DNA from: a virus
Taxonomy: Duplodnaviria > Caudoviricetes
DNA length: 59,824 nt
Strand: one strand, 5' to 3'
IMG/VR virus record: IMGVR_UViG_3300017700_000824
Coordinates: 1-59,824 of that record
Shown here: one piece after another, positions 27,314-40,600 of the stretch
Numbering within the stretch: position 1 is the first letter of the stretch
Layout of the letters: each line of letters opens with the position of its first letter
The notes under the pieces: model-generated
What the model saw: only the letters and a program-made list of their open reading frames with translations
Databases searched by the model: none
What the model was told of the DNA's origin: nothing
Translations under genes and position numbers: made by a program

Positions 27314-27694
27314 TTAAATAATTACTTGACCTTTGTTTAAGGTTGTATCTGGTTGTTGGTAATTGGTCATTGATAACATAGTTGGACCATAACCCCATAA
27401 TGAGTTATTCATACTCAATTCTTGATTTCTACCAGAACCAGCATGACTTGGAACACCGTTTATATCATAACTACCTCCAACACCTGCATAGTTGTTGATG
27501 TCGAGATAGTTACCTGAACCCTTACCATTAACTGGTGTTGATAAATCAGATATAGCTCTTGTATGTGTAGCAGTGTATTCATTAGCTGCTGCAACATTAT
27601 TATAAATGTTTTTAGGTATCAAAACATTTCTTGCTGCAATTGCAGCAATTTCAAGTGGTGATTGACCACCATTATAAGGTACTCCTACTGGCAT
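27314..27694 (-). CDS. Hypothetical protein, probably virion associated
   Basis: 126-aa G/N-rich ORF in a TATTTATA-headed operon. Confidence 0.6.
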   Translation of the reverse strand: MPVGVPYNGGQSPLEIAAIAARNVLIPKNIYNNVAAANEYTATHTRAISDLSTPVNGKGSGNYLDINNYAGVGGSYDINGVPSHAGSGRNQELSMNNSLWGYGPTMLSMTNYQQPDTTLNKGQVII

Positions 27695-27696
27695 GA

Positions 27697-28146
27697 TTAA
27701 ATTAATTTAGTTTTATTGTTATTCATATATTCTAATAAATATCTAATGGTTTCAATTTCTTGCTTAACTTCTTCGTTATAAACCTCTTTATTAGACATTA
27801 TTTTTCTATTTATTGAACCTTTGTTCATTTTAGGTACACCACCAACAGCTGTTGGATTAGCGTTATCTTTATCTTTGGTATGCGTTTTGATAAATTGGTT
27901 TTCTCTACCTGTATCCATGCCTACTTTTTTCTTAGCATAATCGGCATCTTGTTCTTTATGTATAATGCTTTCTATTTCTTTTAATTTAGCATCACCACCT
28001 AAACGTTTAAATTCATCGCAATTCTTATGTAAATTACAATTTTCTTTAGCTTGTTTTAGCCTAGATTCTTGCATAGCCAATGAGTCATAAGATTTATCCT
28101 CACCGTTATGCTTATAAACATTGTTTTTTAAATTGCTGTTAGCCAT
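27697..28146 (-). CDS. Hypothetical protein
   Basis: 149-aa K-rich ORF with a 1-bp overlap with the upstream gene. Confidence 0.6.
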   Translation of the reverse strand: MANSNLKNNVYKHNGEDKSYDSLAMQESRLKQAKENCNLHKNCDEFKRLGGDAKLKEIESIIHKEQDADYAKKKVGMDTGRENQFIKTHTKDKDNANPTAVGGVPKMNKGSINRKIMSNKEVYNEEVKQEIETIRYLLEYMNNNKTKLI

Positions 28147-28610
28147 TATAGTTTATTTGAAATCTTTTTCTTATCAAGTGCTTGTTTGATATCTTCTAAT
28201 TGTTTTTCAGATAACTCTGAATCATTGATTAAATCTATCATCTTAGCTATTTTAGGGTTATAATCTTTTGATGTTACATCACTGGAAGTACTTTTCTTAA
28301 CAAGGTCTTCTATCTTTTCTTCAACTGAATTTTTTGTTATTCTAATATTTTCATGTGTATTAATTGTACCAGCGGTTCTAGTACCCCCATAAGAATATAC
28401 AGCAAACCAAGGTATATTCTGTACATAACGACCAAAAACTTTATCACCAGTTGTTGCCATACCTTTTTGATAATCAGACGTATCATTATAAGGTTTTTCA
28501 ACTGGACCAGTTTCTATCTCTGTATTACTGTTGAATGTTTTATCACCACCATCTGAATACATATCACCACCAACCAATTCATTTAGTTCATGTTTTTTCA
28601 TGCTTTTCAT
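28146..28610 (-). CDS. Hypothetical protein
   Basis: 154-aa ORF; first gene of the leftward operon. Confidence 0.65.
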   Translation of the reverse strand: MKSMKKHELNELVGGDMYSDGGDKTFNSNTEIETGPVEKPYNDTSDYQKGMATTGDKVFGRYVQNIPWFAVYSYGGTRTAGTINTHENIRITKNSVEEKIEDLVKKSTSSDVTSKDYNPKIAKMIDLINDSELSEKQLEDIKQALDKKKISNKL

Positions 28611-28616
28611 TTTTAA

Positions 28617-28648
28617 TATAAATATAAGCGAATAGTGGAATATTTATA
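28617..28648. promoter_or_regulatory. Divergent pair of TATTTATA motifs at the strand switch
   Basis: TATAAATA at 28617-28624 and TATTTATA at 28641-28648 (plus-strand reading) in the 54-nt gap between divergent genes. Confidence 0.65.
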
Positions 28649-28664
28649 TTAAAATACATTATTC

Positions 28665-31600
28665 ATGCAATTTAATACTAAATTAGACTATTCAAATAAT
28701 AGGCAAATAAAACAATATCCAATTACTTTCACAAGTTTATCAGGTGCTACAACATTTGGTTTACCTTATGAATTGTTACCAAGTGGTCCAGATTTAACTA
28801 CGTCTGGTGTTGCCTATAGTGAATTTAATTTAGATAGTACCTTTACTGGGACTACTTCAGCAATGACTATCAATTGGATTAATCCTGATATGTTCTTGGC
28901 TGATGGTATATTTACACCATTAACACCATTGAATAGCGGTGTTACTCAAAGTAGCGGTGTTATTTTTACTACAAACACAACAGGTGTCACTGTAGACGGA
29001 AATGTATATGTTAGTGAGTATTCTGGTGTTAGTTTTGATATCATAGCTACAGAAATGATTGATTTAGGTGGTGGAATCTATAGCGGTATCGCACATACTA
29101 ATACACTTCAATATTTTAGTGCTAATACAACTGATTTTACTGGAAGAACAATCTGGGTAGATGTATCTGGTATAACAAGAACAAATGAATTGATAATAAG
29201 CAAATCACCAGTTATTGGTTACGTTTGGACTTGTATTGATGCTGAAGGAAAAGGAGCGTGGGGACCAGCATCTACTGCTAGTACTGACCCTTCTTATTGG
29301 TCTGCTAGTACTGGTCTTAACGCTATCGTTGTTAAAAATAGTAATTCATTAGCTTCTGGTCAGTATTCATTAGGTGAAGGTAGATTTACAACAGCAAGTG
29401 GTAATTATTCACATGCTGAAGGTCAAGGTACAACAGCAAGTGGTGTTGGTAGTCATGCACAAGGTCAATTTACAATAGCATCTAGTACAGGTTCACACGC
29501 TGAAGGTTTTCAATCACAAGCAACTGGTTTTACAAGTCATGCTGAAGGTTTTGGTTCACTTGCTGCTGGTGATTTTGGTTCACATGCTGAAGGTTCTGGA
29601 ACAAAGGCTTTAGGTCAAGGTAGCCACTCTGAAGGTAATATAACAACAGCGATTGGTGCAAATAGTCACGCTGAAGGTTATGATACAACAGCTATTGGTG
29701 ATTTCGGTAGTCATGCTGAAGGTCGTGAAACTGTAGCGTCTGGTGAAACTAGTCATGCTGAAGGTTATGGAACATTAGCTGGGGGTCATTCAAGTCACGC
29801 TGGGGGTCAATTTTCTGTAGCAAATGGACATCACTCATTTGTACATGGTACTGGAAGTACCGCCAACGGTTTTGGAACGGTAGTATTGGGTGATGGTATA
29901 ACAGGAACATCTAATAATACGACATATGTAAACGAATTAAATATAAAAACAATACCAGCTGGTACTAGTGTTTATAATTTAGGGATAGATAGCAATGGAT
30001 ATGTAATAATTGGAACATCAGGTTCTGGTAGTATTTTTACTGGAGGGACTGTTACTGGACCAACCAATTTTATGGGTGGTTTAACTGCAAATACTTTTTC
30101 TGCAACTACTATAAATTCGGTTTCACTTTCATCAACTACAATATCTGCAACTACTTACTTAAACTTACCAGTTGATATTCGTGTCACTGGTGGTACTTAT
30201 AACCCAATTAACGGTGTTACTACGTTTACAAATAATACAGGTGGAACATTTACTGTAAATGGTGCAATTAACTTTACAGGAGGAACTGTTGATGACTTAA
30301 CTGCAAACACACTTACTGTTAATTCGATTTCATCTAATACAATATCAGCAACTACTTACCTTAATCTACCTATTGATATCCGTGTAACTGGTGGGACATA
30401 TTCAAATAGTGTAGCTACATTTACTAACAATACAGGTGGTACGTTTAATGTAACAGGATTTAGTAGTACCTTTACAGGAGGTACCGTAGTTGGTCCAACT
30501 AGATTTACAAATGGGTTAACAGCAAACACATTAAATGTTACTGGTAATACTATTCTTAATACACTTACTGCAACATCTATTAGTACACCAACTATATCTG
30601 CTACTACTTATTTAAATTTACCTGTTGATATTCGTGTAACTGGAGGTACTTATAACCCTATAAATGGAATAACAACGTTCACGAATAACACAGGTGGTAC
30701 ATTTACAGTAGCTGGTTCAGTTAATTTTACAGGTGGAACAATATCTAACTTAGTTGTTACTGGTTCAACAGTGTTAAATACATTATCAGCTAATACTTTA
30801 AACGTCACTGGTAACACAAGTTTAAATATTTTATCAGCTAATACACTTACTGTTACAGGAAATACTAGACTTAATTCAGTTACTGCTACAACAATATCTG
30901 CAACTACTTACTTAAATTTACCTACCGATATCCGTGTTACTGGAGCAACTTATAATCCAATTAACGGTATAACTACATTTACAAATAATACAGGTGGTAC
31001 ATTTACACATAATGGGGCAATTAATTTCAGTGGTGGTACAGTTGCTAACTTAACAGCAAATACACTTACTGTAACAGGAAATACAATATTAAACACACTT
31101 AGTGCAACATCTATTAGCGCACCAAGTATATCTGCTACTACTTATCTTAATTTACCTATTGATGTAAGAGTAACGGGAGCAACTTATAATTCAGTTAACG
31201 GTATTAGTACGTTTACAAATAATACGGGTGGTACATTCAATGTAAGCGGAGCTGTTAATTTCAGTGGTGGTACAATTAGTGATTTAGTTGTAACGGGTTC
31301 AACTGTGTTAAATACACTTAGTGCTAATACTATATCAGCAACTACATATCTTAACTTACCTATTGATATTCGTGTAACGGGCGGTACTTACAATCCAGTT
31401 AATGGAATAACTACATTTACGAATAATACAGGTGGAACATTCAATGTAAGTGGAGCTATTGTATTTACAGGAGGTACAATTGCTAATTTAACAGTTACAG
31501 GAAATACTACATTAAATACATTAAATGTTACTGGGGCAACTATTCTTAATACACTATCAGCTACAACAATATCAGCAACTACATATCTTAATCTACCTAT

Positions 31601-34600
31601 TGATATTCGTGTTACTGGGGCAACATATAATCCAATTAATGGAATAACTACATTTACAAATAATACAGGTGGTACATTTACACATAATGGAGCAATTAAT
31701 TTCAGTGGAGGAACTGTAATTAATCCAACTATATTTACAAATGGTTTAACATCAAACACATTAAATGTAACTGGTAATACAAGACTTAATTCTGTTACTG
31801 CTACAACTATATCAGCTACTACTTATCTTAATCTTCCGATTGATATAAGAGTAACTGGTGGAACATACAACTCTATTAATGGTGTTAGTACGTTTACAAA
31901 TAATACAGGTGGAACATTCAATGTTACAGGATTCAGTACAACCTTTACAGGTGGTACAATAAATGATTTAACAGTTACAGGAAATACAATATTAAATACA
32001 CTTAGTGCTACAACTATTAGTACACCAACGATATCTGCAACTACTTACTTGAATCTTCCTACTGATATTCGTGTAACTGGTGGTACATATTCAAATAGTG
32101 TAGCTACCTTTACAAATAATACAGGTGGTACGTTTAATGTAACAGGATTTAGTAGTACCTTTACAGGAGGAACAATTGATAATTTAGTTGTTACTGGTAA
32201 TACTATTCTTAATTCAGTTACTGCTAATACAATCAGCACACCAAGTATATCTGCTACTACTTACTTAAACTTACCTGTTGATATTAGAGTAACAGGTGGT
32301 ACTTACAACCCTATTAATGGGAATACTATTTTTACTAATAACACGGGTGGTACATTTACTGTAAGTGGAATTGTTGCGTTTACAGGTGGTACCGTTGTTG
32401 GACCGACTACCTTTACTAGTGGATTAACTGCTAATACAATCAGTACACCAACTATATCAGCAACAACATATCTTAATTTACCTATTGATATTCGTGTTAC
32501 TGGAGCTACTTATAATCCAATTAATGGAATAACAACGTTTACGAATAACACAGGTGGTACGTTTACACATAATGGAGCAATTAATTTTACAGGAGGAACT
32601 GTTGCTAACTTAACTGTAACAGGTAATACAATATTAAACACACTTAGTGCAAACACAATTAGTGCGACTACATATCTTAACTTACCAATTGACATAAGAG
32701 TAACTGGTGGAACTTACAATTCAGTTAACGGTATTAGTACTTTTGTTAACAATACTGGTGGAACATTTAATGTTAACGGTGCAATTAATTTTACAGGTGG
32801 AACTGTTGGTAGTATAACCGCTACAAGTATCACATCACCAACTATATCAGCAACTACTTATCTTAACCTTCCAATAGACATTCGTGTAACTGGTGCTACA
32901 TATAATCCTATTAACGGTATTACTACCTTTACGAATAACACAGGTGGTACATTTAATGTAAGCGGAGCTATTGCGTTCAGTGGAGGTACGATTGCTAACT
33001 TAACAGTTACAGGAAATACAATATTAAATACACTTTCAGCAAATACAATTAGCACACCAAGTATATCTGCTACTACTTATCTTAATCTACCTATTGACAT
33101 ACGTGTAACGGGGGCTACTTATAATCCAATTAATGGAATAACTACATTCACGAACAATACAGGTGGTACATTCAATGTAAGTGGAGCTGTTAATTTCAGT
33201 GGGGGAACAATAGGTAATTTAAATGTCACAGGTTCAACAGTGTTGAATACACTTACTGCTAATACAATTAGTACACCAAGTATATCTGCTACTACTTACT
33301 TAAACTTACCAACCGATATCCGTGTTACTGGTGGGACATATTCAAATAGTGTAGCTACATTTACTAATAATACAGGTGGTACATTTAATGTAACAGGATT
33401 TAGTAGTAACTTTACAGGAGGAACGATTGCTAACTTAAATGTTACTGGAGCTACTGTGTTGAATACACTAACTGCAACATCTATTAGCACACCAAGTATA
33501 TCTGCTACTACTTATTTAAACTTACCTGTTGATATCCGTGTAACTGGAGCTACATATAATTCAGTTAATGGAATAACAACATTTACAAATAACACAGGTG
33601 GTACATTCAATGTAAGCGGAGCTGTTAATTTTACAGGAGGTACAATATCTAATTTAACAGTAACAGGTGCTACAGTTTTAAATACTTTATCAACTAATAG
33701 TATTAGTGCAACTACTTACTTAAACTTACCAGTTGACATTAGAGTTACTGGAGGTACTTACAATCCTATTAACGGTATAACTACATTTACAAATAATACA
33801 GGTGGTACATTCAATGTAAGTGGGGCAATTAATTTCAGTGGTGGAAGTGTTACTAGTATAACAGCTAATACTATTTCAGTTGGTAGCATTTCTGCTACTA
33901 CTTACCTTAACTTACCAGTTGACATAAGAGTCACAGGCGGTACATACTCAAATAGTGTAGCTACGTTTACTAACAATACAGGTGGTACATTTAATGTTAC
34001 AGGATTTAGTACATCATTTACAGGTGGTACCGTTGTTGGACCGACTATCTTTACAAGTGGGTTGACTGCAAATACAATTAGCACACCAAGTATATCTGCT
34101 ACTACTTATCTTAATCTACCTATTGACATACGTGTAACGGGGGCTACTTATAACCCAATTAATGGAAACACTACATTTACAAATAATACAGGTGGAACAT
34201 TTACTGTTAGTGGAGTTATTGCATTTACAGGAGGTACAATAGGTAATTTAACAGTAACTGGAGCAACTACATTGAGTACGTTAACTGCTAATACAATTAG
34301 TACTACATCAATTAGCGCAACTACTTATCTTAATCTACCAATTGATATTAGAGTTACAGGTGCTACATTTAACCCAATTAACGGTATAACAACATTTACG
34401 AATAACACAGGTGGAACATTTACCGTAGCTGGCGCAATTAACTTTACAGGTGGCACAGTTGCTAGTTTAATAGTAACTGGTTCAACAATATTAAACACAC
34501 TTAGTGCTACAAGTATTTCATCACCTTCTATTAGTGCAACAACATATTTAAACTTACCTACTGATATTAGGGTAACAGGAGGAACTTATAATAATGGTAG

Positions 34601-37600
34601 TGCTATCTTTACAAATAACACAGGTGGTACATTTAATGTAACAGGATTTAGTACATCATTTACAGGTGGTACTGTATCTAATTTAACTGTAACAGGTGGT
34701 ACAGTATTAAATACGTTAACTGCTAATACTATATCAGCAACAACTTATTTAAATTTACCAGTTGATATAAGAGTTACTGGTGGGACATTTAATCCAATTA
34801 ATGGAAACACTATCTTTACTAACAATACAGGAGGTACATTTACAGTAGCTGGTGCTATTGCGTTCAGTGGTGGAACAATATCTGATTTAACAGTAACAGG
34901 AAACACAGTATTAAATACGTTAACTGCAAATACAATCAGTGCAACTACTTATCTTAATTTACCTATTGATATCCGTGTTACAGGTGGTACTTTCTCAAAC
35001 ATAACAGGTGATGCTACCTTCACAAACAACACAGGTGGTACATTCAGTGTAGTTGGATTAACATCGTATTGGACAGGAGGTAGTGGAACAGATGCAATTG
35101 TTGTTAGAAATAGCAATTCATTAGCTAGTGGAATATTAGCTGTGGCAGAGGGTAGCGCATCAACAGCAAGTGGTAATTATTCACATTCTGAAGGGTTTGT
35201 TACAACAGCAAGTGGTAGTCAAAGTCATGCTGAAGGTAATCAAACAACAGCAAGTGGTAATACATCGCATGCTGAAGGGTTTGCAACAAGAGCATTTGGT
35301 AATTATAGTCATGCTGAAGGTCAACAAACAACAGCAAGTGGTATTAGAAGTCACGTTGAAGGAAATTTATCTGTTGCTGCTGGTGATTCATCACATGCTG
35401 AAGGTGTTCAAACAACTGCTACTAATGAAGGTGGTCATGCTGAAGGTTATCAATCTAAAGCTTTAGGAACAGCAAGTCATAGTGAAGGTGATAGAAGTAC
35501 TGCAAGTGGATATGCAAGTCACGCTGAAGGAAGTGGAACAACAGCTAGTGGGTTGTATTCACATGCGGAAGGGTTTGGGAATAAAGCAACTGGTTTTGCA
35601 AGTCATGCTGAAGGTATTAATAATTTAGCTTCTAATGATTCAGCTCATGCTGAAGGTTCTGGAACAACAGCTCAAGCAGCGTATAGTCATACTGAAGGAC
35701 AAGGAACATTTGCAAATGGAAGTAGAGCGCATGCTGAAGGTTGGATGACATCTGCTATTGGTCGTGCATCACATAGTGAAGGTAATTTAACAACAGCTAT
35801 TGGTGATAATTCACATGCTGAAGGTGGTGCAACAACAGCAAGCGGTGAAACATCACATGCTGAAGGTTTATCAACAACAGCATTAGGTGATTATAGTCAC
35901 GCAGAAGGTAGATTAACAATCTCACGTGGTGCTCATTCACATGCTGGTGGTATTAGCTCTATTGCATCTGGTACTACATCATTTGTACATGGTGATTCTA
36001 GTATTGCAGGTGGTATTAATACAATTGTGTTAGGTGCTAACATAACAGGTACATCTGCTAATACAACATACGTTGATAGGTTTAACATTAAAACATTACC
36101 AGCTGGTACTAGTATTAACAACCTTGGTATTGATGTTAATGGAAATATAATTATAGGAAGTACAGGAAATACATTTAATGGAGGTACAGTAACTGGAGCA
36201 ACTATATTTACAAGTGGATTAACTGCAAATACTATCAGCACACCAAGTATATCTGCTACTACTTACTTAAATTTACCAGTTGACATTAGAGTGACAGGTG
36301 GTACATTTAATCCAATTAATGGAAATACTATTTTTACGAATAATACAGGTGGTACATTTACAGTAGCTGGTGCTATTAATTTCACAGGTGGTACAATATC
36401 TAACTTAACAGTAACTGGGGCAACAGTATTAAATACATTAACAGCTAACTCAGTTAGTGCTACTACTTATTTAAATCTCCCAATTGATATTCGTGTGACT
36501 GGTGGTACCCATGTTAAGTCAACTGGTATATCTACTTTTACAAATAACACAGGCGGTACATTTAATGTAAGTAACTATTATACAAATAATGATGACATAC
36601 GTGTTACTGGTGGTACATACAATTCAACAACAGGTATTGGTACTTTTACAAACAATACAGGTGGTACATTTAACGTATCAGGATTCTACACAAATAATAA
36701 TGATATTAGAGTAACTGGAGCAACTTATAATCCAATTAATGGTATTACTACCTTTACGAACAACACAGGTGGTACATTTAATGTAAGCGGAGCAATTAAT
36801 TTCAGTGGGGGTACGATTGCTAACTTAACGGTTACTGGAGCAACAGTATTAAATACACTTATAGCTACAAGTATTACTTCACCAACTATATCAGCAACTA
36901 CTTATCTTAACCTTCCAATAGATATTAGAGTAACTGGTGGTACATACAACTCAGTTAATGGAGTTAGTACGTTTACAAATAATACAGGTGGTACATTTAA
37001 TGTAAGTGGTATGACCTCATATTGGAGTGCTAGTACTGGAACAAATGCTATCGTTGTTAAAAATAGTAATTCATTAGCTAGTGGACCATTATCGGTAGCT
37101 GAAGGTAGTGCAACAACAGCAAGCGGTAATTATTCACATACTGAAGGTTTATTTAGTTTAGCTGTTGGAAATCAAAGTCATGTTGAAGGTCAATTTAGTA
37201 CCGCTACTGGAAGTACAGCACATGCTGAGGGTATTAATACACGAGCATTTGGAAATTATTCACATACAGAAGGTGCTGTTACAACAGCAAGTGGAACAGC
37301 ATCACACGCTGAAGGAAGTGGTACAACAGCAGCTGGTGAATTCAGTCATTCAGAAGGCGCATTTAGTAGAACTAGTGGATTAGCATCACATGCTGAAGGT
37401 GGGAGTTCAAGAGCTATAGGTGATTATTCACATGCTGAAGGGTTCACTACAACATCAACTGGTAGTTGGAGTCATGCTGAAGGTTTTGGAAGTATTGCTA
37501 TTGGAAATGCTAGTCATAGTGAAGGTGATAGCACAACAGCTATTGGTAACAATAGTCATGCTGGTGGTCAATTATCTATTGCGTCTGGTACAACTAGTTT

Positions 37601-40600
37601 TGTACATGGGGTTCAATCAATTGCTAATGGTAGTGGTACGATTGTATTAGGTAATAATATAACTGGTAATAGTGCTAATACAACATATGTAAATTCATTT
37701 AATGTCAAGAATGTACCAGCTGGTACTAGTATTAATAATCTTGGTATTGATGTTAATGGAAATATAATTATAGGAAGTACAGGTAACACATTTAATGGTG
37801 GTATCGTAACTGGAGCAACTATATTTACAAATGGAATTACTGCAAATACTATATCTGCAACTACTTACTTAAACTTACCTATTGACATTAGAGTAACTGG
37901 TGGGACATTTAACCCAATAAATGGAAATACTATTTTCACAAATAATACGGGTGGAACATTTAGTGTTGCTGGTGCAATTAATTTCACTGGTGGTACGATT
38001 GCTAACTTAACGGTTACTGGAGCAACAGTATTGAACACTTTAACTGCTAATACAATTAGCGCAACTACATATCTTAATTTACCAGTTGATATTAGAGTGA
38101 CAGGTGGTACATTTAATCCAATTAATGGAAATACTATTTTCACAAATAACACAGGTGGTACATTTACAGTAGCTGGTGCTATTAATTTCACAGGTGGTAC
38201 AATATCTAACTTAACAGTAACAGGAAACACTATATTAAATACACTTACCGCTAATACAATCAGTGCAACTACTATAACCGCAACTGCTTTCATAAAATCA
38301 GGTGGTACATCAACTCAATTTTTAAAAGCAGATGGTAGTGTTGATGGTAACGCTTATATTACAAATTCAGGAACAACAAACTTTATTCCTAAGATAGGTA
38401 GTCCGACAACATTACAAAATAGTATAATGTCTGAAACTGGTTCAACTATTAATGTTAATGGTGCTCTACGTGCTATATCTGGTGGTGACCCAGATTCTAC
38501 TACTACAGCTGCATATCTTTCAGTTTCTGGTGGGGCTGCTAGATTATCTTTAACACATTCTGCTGCTACATCAAATTCAAGAGTTGCTGATTTAGTATTA
38601 TTCAACGGTACAGTTAGTTTACGTTTTAGAAATGACGCTGCTGTTTCATCAACAACAGCATATCAAGTTTTAGGTGGTTATACTAATATAGGTACTCATA
38701 CATGGAATATCGGTAATGGAGTAGCGGCAATGACATTATTAGGTACCAATGGTTATTTAGGTCATGGAACTGTTGCACCTGCTGGTCAAGTACATGTTTC
38801 TTCTCTTACAGGTGCAACAGTTATTATTGAAGCTGATTCTGATAATAGCGGTGAAAACGATAATCCATTATTATTATTACGTCAAGATGGTAATCTTGTA
38901 AATGGTTCATTTGGTATGAATGGTGATGCTAATGCGCTTTATAGTGGTGCGCTAGTTAACGCTGTATTTATTGAAGCTAAAGATACTGGAACTAGAAATC
39001 CAATACAATTAGTTACTGGTGGGTCTGTTATCGGAAGTGGTGATGGTGTTGCACGTGTTACTATTTTAGGTAATGGTAATACATCAGTCGGGAGCACAGG
39101 TGCTACATCAATGTTTAATGTTGGTACATTAAATCAATTTCAAGTATCATCAACTGGTAGTGTAACTGCAACATCTATTAACACACCAACTATATCAGCA
39201 ACAACATATCTTAATTTACCTATTGATATTCGTGTAACTGGTGGTACTTTCTCAAATATAACAGGTAACGCTACCTTCACCAATAACACAGGTGGTACAT
39301 TTAATGTAACAGGATTAACATCATATTGGACAGGTGGTAGTGGAACAGATGCAATAGTACAAAGAAATAGTAAATCAATTGCATCAAATAAATTAGCTGT
39401 GGCAGAGGGTAGTGCTACAACAGCAAGTGGTATTTATTCACACGCTGAAGGTTATATTACAACAGCATCTGGTAATTATACACACGCTGAAGGTGGTAAT
39501 ACAAAAGCAACTAATCAAGCATCACATGCTGAAGGTGAAAGTACAACAGCAAGTGGTTTATATAGTCATGCTGAAGGTACATTTACAATTGCTAATAACC
39601 AAGCAGGACATGCTGAAGGTCAATTAACACAAGCAACTGGTAATTTAGGAGCACATGCTGAAGGTCAAAGTACATTTGCACAAGGTGAATCATCACACTC
39701 TGAAGGAAAATTAACAACAGCTGTTGGTGATTATTCACATGCTGAAGGAACAGGAACAACAGCGTTAAGTACATATTCACATGCTGAAGGTAGAGGCACC
39801 GTTGCAAGTGGAACAACAAGTCATGCTGAAGGTGTTAACACAACAGCAGGTGGTTCTAATAGTCATGCTGAAGGTCAATTAAGTGTAACAATAGGTGCAT
39901 CAAGCCACGCTGAAGGTATTAACACAATAGCATTAGGTATTGCAAGCCATGCTGAAGGTCAAATAACACAATCAAATGGTCATTTTTCACATGCTGAAGG
40001 TTATGCTTCTATTTCTTCTGGTGATTATTCACATGCAGAAGGTAGCAGTACATTAGCTAGTGGTTCACATAGTCATGCTGAAGGTATCTCAACTACAGCA
40101 TCTGGATTATATAGTCATGCTGAAGGTAATGCAACAAAAGCAACAGGAACAACAGCACATGCTGAAGGAACTAGTACAATAGCAGGTGGTACTTATTCAC
40201 ATGCTGAGGGTTCTGGAACAACAGCAAGTGGAAGTACATCACATGCTGAAGGAAGTGGTACAACAGCACAAGGTGATGCAAGTTATGCTGGTGGTATTAG
40301 AACAAAAGCTATTGGAACAGCATCACATGCTGAAGGAACTGGAACAACAGCGTTAGGTATTTATTCACATAGTGAAGGTAGTGGAACAACTGCATTTGGA
40401 CAAGCGAGCCATGCTGAAGGTAGTGGTACTATTGCATCTGGTTTAACATCACATGCTGAAGGTAGTGCAACAACTGCATCTGGATTATATTCACATACTG
40501 AAGGAACTAAATCAATTGCAAGTAATTTTGCAAGTCATGCAGAAGGTAGTAGTACAACTGCAAGTGGTATTGGGTCACACTCTGAAGGTAGTTTTACAAT

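Noticed and set aside
31388-39819. Antisense and alternate-frame ORFs inside the giant fibre gene (e.g. 31388-31759, 35170-35466, 37865-38293)
   Set aside because: Shadow ORFs produced by repetitive, biased codon usage; no independent starts or motifs.
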